A DNA stretch of 64,000 bases from positions 4,544,001 to 4,608,000 of the forward strand of contig OZ242311.1 in assembly GCA_965207885.1 (NCBI GenBank). The letters run 5' to 3'. The notes under the pieces were generated by a model. That model worked only from the letters and a program-made list of their open reading frames with translations, was not told where the DNA came from and searched no databases. This stretch comes from Candidatus Latescibacterota bacterium (GTDB lineage: Bacteria; Latescibacterota; UBA2968). Numbering within the stretch: the stretch's first letter is position 1; every line of letters begins with the position of its first letter. Both the position numbers and the translations under genes were made by a program. Shown here piece after piece: positions 58,143 through 64,000 of this stretch.

Positions 58143-59936
58143 ATGACTATTTTGGAATTACATCATATTGCAATGGATTACGGTGCTCAGGATGTGCTGA
58201 TTGATGTGTCTTTTAAGATCAATAAAGGCGAAAAGGTTGGTTTGATTGGTGACAATGGCTGCGGAAAGACTACCATTTTGAAATTGATTGCAGGTATTGA
58301 AACACCCGTTTCTGGCACTGTGAGTAAGGTAAAAGGCATATCTACGGGGTATCTCGAGCAGCACCTGAAATTTCAGGCGGGAAGGCGTGTTGAAGAAGAA
58401 ATCGCCTCGGTATTTGAAGCAGTTATTCAGATGCAGCGCAAAATGCACAAACTGGAAGCTCAGATGGCAAACGGTGCGTCCGATCAGATCAATGCGGTGA
58501 TGGAACAGTACGGGCGCTTACAGGAGGCTTTTGAGCGGGCAGATGGCTATGCTTGTCAGGCAAAAATTGATGCGGTCATAGACGGACTGGGTATAGATGC
58601 CTGGCGGGACCAGTCTGTCGATGTATTGAGTGGCGGTGAAAAGAATCTGGTGGGCTTGGCAAAAATTCTGCTGGGCGAGCCCGATCTGCTGTTGCTGGAC
58701 GAACCAGGCAATCATCTCGATTTTGAAGGATTGGCCTGGTTAGAGACATTTTTGCAAAATTTAGACCGAACGGTGATTCTGGTATCGCACGATCGCTATA
58801 TGCTGGATCGGGTTGTGAATCGGATCGTGGAAGTTGAAGATGGTAAAGCCAGCACATATATAGGCAATTATTCGGCCTACCGCGCAGAAAAAATGCGTCA
58901 ATTGCTCTTGCAGAAAGCGGCATACGACAACCAGCAGAAGGAAATTCAACGGCTGGAGGAGATGATCAAGCGTTTTGAATTGTGGGGTGGAGAAAAAAAT
59001 ATACGACGTGCGAGAAACAAGGGAAAAATGCTGGATCGCATAGATCGGATCCATCGGCCAGTCATGGATCGCCAGCGCATTGATCCTGCATTTGGCGCGA
59101 TTCAAGGCAGTGGAAAAATTGCCTTAGAGTTGCGAAAGTACGGGCGCAAAGCAGGTCAGCGCACGCTGTTTCGAGATGTTGATTTGCTGGTGCAATCGGG
59201 CGAGCGCGTCGGATTGGTTGGGGGTAATGGGACGGGCAAATCCATGCTGTTTAAGGACATTATTGCCGAGGCTGCCTGGGAACACCCCACAATGCGAATT
59301 GGTCCACGCATTCAATTGGGATATTACGCACAAGAACACGAGATCTTAAATGACGACCGAACCATTCTCGAAGAGATCTGTTTGTCGGGTGAGTTGAGCC
59401 GAGATCAGGGGGGTGGGGTGTTGTCCAGGTTTTTATTTGGATGGCGTGATCTGGACAAAAAAGTCGGCAATTTGAGCGGCGGGGAAAAAAGCCGCGTTCA
59501 GTTGGCCTGTTTGATGGTGTCTGGGGCCAATATGTTGCTATTGGATGAGCCAACCAATCATCTGGATATCGCATCCCGCGAGCAAGTGGAAGATGCCCTT
59601 GAAGTCTTTGACGGTACACTCATAGTAATTTCACACGATCGCTATTTTCTCGATAAAATTGCCGAGCGAGTGATTGAAGTGCGCGACCTGAATTTGGAGT
59701 CCCATGTGGGCAATTTCTCAGATTTTTGGGCAAAATGGAGATCAGATAAAACGCCGGATGGAGAGATCGATTCTGAGGTTGAAAAACAAATTGAGGTGCT
59801 GGAAGATGAAAAATTGCGATTGGAACGAGGGATGGCATCGGCTTTTGAAAAAAGAGATTTCAAGCGAGGAGACCGCCTCAGCCGTCGATTGCGTCTGGTG
59901 GAACAGCAGATTGAAAACCTTTATGGGGCTTTGTAA
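58143..59936 (+). CDS. ABC-F family ribosome-associated ATPase
   Basis: Two NBDs (GDNGCGKT and GGNGTGKS, LSGGEK twice, LLLDEP twice), no TM segments, coiled-coil linker. Confidence 0.92.
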   Translation: MTILELHHIAMDYGAQDVLIDVSFKINKGEKVGLIGDNGCGKTTILKLIAGIETPVSGTVSKVKGISTGYLEQHLKFQAGRRVEEEIASVFEAVIQMQRKMHKLEAQMANGASDQINAVMEQYGRLQEAFERADGYACQAKIDAVIDGLGIDAWRDQSVDVLSGGEKNLVGLAKILLGEPDLLLLDEPGNHLDFEGLAWLETFLQNLDRTVILVSHDRYMLDRVVNRIVEVEDGKASTYIGNYSAYRAEKMRQLLLQKAAYDNQQKEIQRLEEMIKRFELWGGEKNIRRARNKGKMLDRIDRIHRPVMDRQRIDPAFGAIQGSGKIALELRKYGRKAGQRTLFRDVDLLVQSGERVGLVGGNGTGKSMLFKDIIAEAAWEHPTMRIGPRIQLGYYAQEHEILNDDRTILEEICLSGELSRDQGGGVLSRFLFGWRDLDKKVGNLSGGEKSRVQLACLMVSGANMLLLDEPTNHLDIASREQVEDALEVFDGTLIVISHDRYFLDKIAERVIEVRDLNLESHVGNFSDFWAKWRSDKTPDGEIDSEVEKQIEVLEDEKLRLERGMASAFEKRDFKRGDRLSRRLRLVEQQIENLYGAL

Positions 59937-59954
59937 ATCACATTGTCATATTAC

Positions 59955-59995
59955 AACAAAACACCGCAACAAATCTGTTGCGGTGTTTTGTTTTT
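59955..59995. terminator. Bidirectional intrinsic terminator
   Basis: AACAAAACACCGCAACA...TGTTGCGGTGTTTTGTT between convergent genes. Confidence 0.8.
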
Positions 59996-60012
59996 AGACT
60001 GTTTTGCCCCGT

Positions 60013-60318
60013 TTATTCCAGATCTTTGAGGGGGGTTGAAAGGGCATCTCGAAGTATTTTGCCGGGTTTGAACCCCACTTTGCGTCGCGCAGGCACATAG
60101 ACTTCTTCACCCGTTCGGGGATTGCGTGCGCGAGGACGGGCATTGGTGCGTTTGACTTCCCAGCTTCCAAAGCCTCGAATTTCGATCCTTTCACCTTCAA
60201 TAATAGCTTCTGCAAGAGTTTCAAAGAGTACATCTACGGCTTGTTTCGCCATTGTGTTTTTGCAGTCGATTTCATCTGCAAGTATTTTTGCCAGGTCTGC
60301 CTTGGTGATAGTTTGCAC
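60013..60318 (-). CDS. ihfB: Integration host factor beta / HU-family DNA-binding protein
   Basis: ITKADL, RIEIRGFGSW, ARNPRTGE and FKPGK; GTG start with GGAGG. Confidence 0.8.
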   Translation of the reverse strand: MQTITKADLAKILADEIDCKNTMAKQAVDVLFETLAEAIIEGERIEIRGFGSWEVKRTNARPRARNPRTGEEVYVPARRKVGFKPGKILRDALSTPLKDLE

Positions 60319-60449
60319 TCGCCACCCTCCACAAAAAATATTAAACGGTTTAATAGTTTTATAAAAATGAGGCGGAGTATCAAGCAAATAATGAAGCGAC
60401 TATTCACAAAAAAACGGCGACCTCGCTGGATGGTCACCGCGATGATTTA

Positions 60450-60526
60450 TGGTGGGCGCACAGGGACTCGAACCCCGGACCAACGGATTATGAGTCCGTC
60501 GCTCTAACCAACTGAGCTATGCGCCC
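60450..60526 (-). tRNA. tRNA with CAT anticodon, probably tRNA-Ile2 (lysidine); elongator Met not excluded
   Basis: GGGCGCATAGCTCAGTTGGTTAGAGC...CTCATAA...GGTTCGAGTCC...TGCGCCCACCA; cloverleaf with encoded CCA. Confidence 0.92.
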
Positions 60527-60614
60527 TAAAATTTAGTTTTGCTAATCCAACGCGAAAAACAAAGATAAGGAACATAGATAAGTTGTCAACTGAAAACTGG
60601 ATACCTTATGAAAG

Positions 60615-62387
60615 TTATTTTGGCTCAGCCATCGCTTTTCGCTGGGCAGTAAGGTGGCGATGTTTTTCCAGCGTGGCGCGCAAATCGTCGGGGGAAAGCG
60701 ATTGGCGCAATTGCTTTTCGAGTAGTTCGATTTCGCTTTCGAGACTTTTGAGTTGGAACTTGTGAATATAATCTTGAATGGGAACATCGATGTTGGGATT
60801 CTCAATGCCAATTTCCAGAGATAGGTCGGTCAATATGCGGCACAAGCGTTCATCGTTGCACTGATTGATGAGGTGCGCGGCTTCAATGGATTGTTTCTGT
60901 TGTCGGTTGCGGGCAATCAGGGTGGCGATTTGCCGGTAAGTACTATTTGTAAAGTTGTCGGGAGAAATTTGCTTGAATACGCTATCGGTGGTTTCGGGAT
61001 GTTGCATCAGGAAGGTGAGCAATTCGCGCTCAGAACGGGGCCGCGTATCATAAGATTCGGGTTCTGGTTGTCCATTTTGCGGTCTCGTGGTGCGGCGTTG
61101 CGTTTGGGCAATGCCAATGAGGACTTTTTCATCTATCCCGATTTTTTCGGCGATGTCTTTGATTAGAAATTGTTTGAGGGCGTTGTCTGTGATGCGCCCA
61201 ATGAGTTCGGCCAATGCGTGTGCCGTTCGGGTTTTGCCATCTACGGTGGAGAGGTCGTCGCGTTGGGCAAATTGTTCTATGAGAAAATCGATGGCGGATG
61301 CGGCGTTTTCGGTGAGGCGCAGAAGGCCATTGAGTCCATGGGCGCGCACATAACTGTCGGGGTCGTGGTCTTCGGGAAGGGTGACAACGCGAACTTCGAG
61401 ACCCACTTCAAAGAGCGATCCGATCCCTCGCATTGCAGCGGTTGCACCGGCGGTGTCGCCGTCAAAGATGAGTATGGTTTTGGGTGCATAACGCCTGAGC
61501 AGGCGCGCCTGGTCGGTTGTGAGTGCTGTACCAGAGGATGCGACCGCGTTTTCAATGCCATACTGCGCGAGAGCAATGAGGTCCATATACCCTTCTACAA
61601 CGAGTGCTACACCCGCGTCGCGAATGGCGTCTCTATTGCGCCACAGGCCGTACAGAGTGGCACTTTTGTTGTACACAGGGGTTTCCGGAGAGTTGATGTA
61701 TTTGGCCTGTTCGTCGGGATCGAGGGCGCGCGCGCCAAAAGCGACCGGGCGACCTGTGGCTGCGTGAATGGGGAAGGTGATGCGGTTGCGAAAGCGGTCG
61801 TAAAAACCGCCTCCTGTTTGCCTTTGTAAGACCAGTCCGGCGCGTTCGAGTATTTGTGGAGAGAAGTCCCGACGGGTAGCGATTTGCAAGAAGCCATCCC
61901 ATTGATCGGGCGCGTAACCGAGGGAAAAGGCATCGATTACGTCGCGGTTTATGCCGCGATTTTCGAGGTAGGCCATTGCATCGGCGGCTTTCTCATCCTG
62001 TGTGAGCAGGTGGTGAAAATATTTGACCGCGAGTTCATTGGCGCGATAGATCTGGTCAAAGACTTCCTGCTGGTCCGGGTCTGCGGGTTTTGCATCGGGC
62101 AGGGCTATGCCCGCGCGATCGGCGAGTTGGCGGACGGCTTCGATAAAGCTGATGTTTTCTATGTCGCGCAGAAATGTAAAGCTGTTGCCGCCCGCGCCGC
62201 AGGCGAAACACTTGTAGATCTGTTTTTCTTGTGAGACGTTCAGGGAGGGTGTGGAATCGTCGTGGAAGGGACACAGTCCGACAAAATTTTTGCCCCGGCG
62301 GGTCAGTGCAACGTGGTCGCCTACGACATCGACAATATCGATAGACAGGCGCACTTGATCGATGATGGTTTCTGGAATGCGCGGCAT
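60615..62387 (-). CDS. dnaG: DNA primase
   Basis: CPFH...CFAC zinc finger, KYINSPET, VVEGYMD and FDGD TOPRIM motifs. Confidence 0.97.
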   Translation of the reverse strand: MPRIPETIIDQVRLSIDIVDVVGDHVALTRRGKNFVGLCPFHDDSTPSLNVSQEKQIYKCFACGAGGNSFTFLRDIENISFIEAVRQLADRAGIALPDAKPADPDQQEVFDQIYRANELAVKYFHHLLTQDEKAADAMAYLENRGINRDVIDAFSLGYAPDQWDGFLQIATRRDFSPQILERAGLVLQRQTGGGFYDRFRNRITFPIHAATGRPVAFGARALDPDEQAKYINSPETPVYNKSATLYGLWRNRDAIRDAGVALVVEGYMDLIALAQYGIENAVASSGTALTTDQARLLRRYAPKTILIFDGDTAGATAAMRGIGSLFEVGLEVRVVTLPEDHDPDSYVRAHGLNGLLRLTENAASAIDFLIEQFAQRDDLSTVDGKTRTAHALAELIGRITDNALKQFLIKDIAEKIGIDEKVLIGIAQTQRRTTRPQNGQPEPESYDTRPRSERELLTFLMQHPETTDSVFKQISPDNFTNSTYRQIATLIARNRQQKQSIEAAHLINQCNDERLCRILTDLSLEIGIENPNIDVPIQDYIHKFQLKSLESEIELLEKQLRQSLSPDDLRATLEKHRHLTAQRKAMAEPK

Positions 62388-62445
62388 GTAAGGAACTCCC
62401 CGGGGAGAGGAGATGGAAGCTGTAAATAAGTGTTGTAGGCTAACT

Positions 62446-64000
62446 TTAAGCTGGATCAACCCAATCGCCGCCGGCGCGTATCAGGTCAATCAGTTCGTCA
62501 ACCGCGCCTTCTGTGGGGATATTGCGTTTGACGATGTCTTTGCCCTTGTAGAGCGTGATTTTGCCGGGACCACTGCCCACATAGCCGTAATCGGCGTCGG
62601 CCATTTCGCCCGGGCCGTTGACTATGCAGCCCATAATGCCAATTTTGACGCCTTTGAGGTGGTTGGTGTGGCTTCGAATCAGGGCGGTGGTTTCCTGCAG
62701 GTCGAACAGGGTGCGCCCGCACGAAGGACAGGATATGTATTCGGTTTTGGAGATGCGGGTGCGCGTGGCTTGCAAGATGCCGAAGGCCGTGCGGGTGAGG
62801 GTGTGATCGTCTATTTGATCGGATGTATTTTCGAGCCACAAGCCATCGCCGAGGCCATCGACGAGCAGTCCTCCGCAGTCTGTGGCGGCGTGGAGCATGA
62901 AGGCGTCATTGGCTGAATACTTTGTTGCGCTATACGTTCGGCGGATGACTACGGGTATGTTGCAGGACCAATCTGCAAGCAGGCAGAATGCGCGGCGCAG
63001 TTCGGGCATGGCGTGGGTGTTGTGAGTTAGCAGGACGAGCACTGCACAGGGATCGGCCTTGAGCGCATGGATAAGTGGTTCGTCGAGTGCGTCGAGTTCG
63101 GCACGGACAAAGGTGATGCGCTCGGATGTGTGATTGGCTTGCAAGTATGCAGCCGCAGAAAAAATCGGGTATGCGGCGGATGCGGGCGACCAGGCCCGGG
63201 CATTTTGAATGACGCCAAGCGTGCCGGGGAGTTCAAAATCCAGGGTGTGATCGCCGATGTTAAGAAAGTCAACGGCCATGTCGGCGATATGCCATTTGTC
63301 GAGTGCAGCGTCATACGAATACCCAAAAGGTTGCAGGGATTCGGGGGTGATGGTGCCCTGCGGGGTGGCAATGACGATTGGGACACTCGGTTTGCCGATT
63401 TTTTCAACCTGTCGCGTTGCGCGGCGGGTGTAAGAAAATGGATCGATATGGGATGTTTGAATTTCCGGTATTGGCGCGTGATCGCTTCGGTTGCGATAGC
63501 GGGCGACCAGTGCTTGCGCTACGGGGATTTCGGCTTCGGGTTCTTCGGTGAGGGAGACGCGAATGGTATCGCCCAGGCCGTCTTCGAGCAGCGCGCCTAT
63601 GCCCACGGCCGATTTGATGCGTCCGTCTTCGCCATCGCCAGCTTCCGTGACTCCCAGATGGAGCGGATAGTTCATGCCTTCGGCCATCATCTTGTTTACC
63701 AGCAGGCGATAGGCTTGAACCATGATTTGCGGATTGCTGGCTTTCATGGAAAATACGATGTCGTGATAGTTGAAGTCAATGCATATCCGCGCAAATTCAA
63801 GGGCGGATTCGACCATGCCGAGTGGGGTGTCGCCAAATCTGCTCATAATGCGGTCTGAGAGCGACCCGTGGTTGGTGCCAATCCGCATGGCTGTGCCGTA
63901 TTCTTTGCAGATTTTGACCAGTGGCGCGAATCTGTCGCGAATGCGGTGTAGTTCCCCGGCGTATTGTGCATCGGTGTATTCGATGATCTGAAATTTTTTT
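62446..64000 (-). CDS. ispG: (E)-4-hydroxy-3-methylbut-2-enyl-diphosphate synthase, long form; starts beyond the right edge
   Basis: RIGTNHGSLS, YPLHLGVTEAG, ISCPSCGRT and MGCIVNGPGE, with an inserted middle domain. Confidence 0.95.
   Translation of the reverse strand, partial: KKFQIIEYTDAQYAGELHRIRDRFAPLVKICKEYGTAMRIGTNHGSLSDRIMSRFGDTPLGMVESALEFARICIDFNYHDIVFSMKASNPQIMVQAYRLLVNKMMAEGMNYPLHLGVTEAGDGEDGRIKSAVGIGALLEDGLGDTIRVSLTEEPEAEIPVAQALVARYRNRSDHAPIPEIQTSHIDPFSYTRRATRQVEKIGKPSVPIVIATPQGTITPESLQPFGYSYDAALDKWHIADMAVDFLNIGDHTLDFELPGTLGVIQNARAWSPASAAYPIFSAAAYLQANHTSERITFVRAELDALDEPLIHALKADPCAVLVLLTHNTHAMPELRRAFCLLADWSCNIPVVIRRTYSATKYSANDAFMLHAATDCGGLLVDGLGDGLWLENTSDQIDDHTLTRTAFGILQATRTRISKTEYISCPSCGRTLFDLQETTALIRSHTNHLKGVKIGIMGCIVNGPGEMADADYGYVGSGPGKITLYKGKDIVKRNIPTEGAVDELIDLIRAGGDWVDPA

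Noticed and set aside
60013-62387. dnaG followed by tRNA and ihfB without rpoD
   Set aside because: Gene-order variation of this kind is common outside Proteobacteria and Firmicutes.
62446-64000. Long IspG with an extra domain
   Set aside because: This is the known three-domain IspG type of Bacteroidota, Chlamydiae and plants.

Overview
Bacterial chromosomal window of roughly 50% GC. Sulfatases, DUF1080, PhyH and Rpn-like genes, a dockerin-like EF-hand domain and a long-form IspG suggest an FCB-type (Latescibacterota/Gemmatimonadota-like) organism; this taxonomy is inference only. The first 23 kb is accessory and metabolic. It holds a patatin-POTRA protein, a double NUDIX, a MOSC-ATL fusion, a DUF5990 gene split by a 235-bp IS200/IS605 mini-element, sulfatases, and an AT-rich island with an R-M system truncated by an IS3. 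At 22.7-24 kb a sigma70 factor has a ~310-nt structured leader carrying six UCCCC motifs plus one UCCC. About 24-50 kb is an iron island. It contains two divergent ferritins and a mosaic heme-uptake operon (HmuR, dockerin-HmuY-HmuY, IsdG-like oxygenase, HmuTUV). It also has a porin/FMN-binding/PepSY/porin/imelysin/di-heme operon and two siderophore TBDR-PepSY units, with a triplicated promoter/operator module. The last 14 kb is mostly housekeeping: sucAB-lpdA, an ABC-F gene with an attenuator-like leader, ihfB, tRNA(CAT), dnaG and ispG. All calls come from motif reading by eye; no searches were run.
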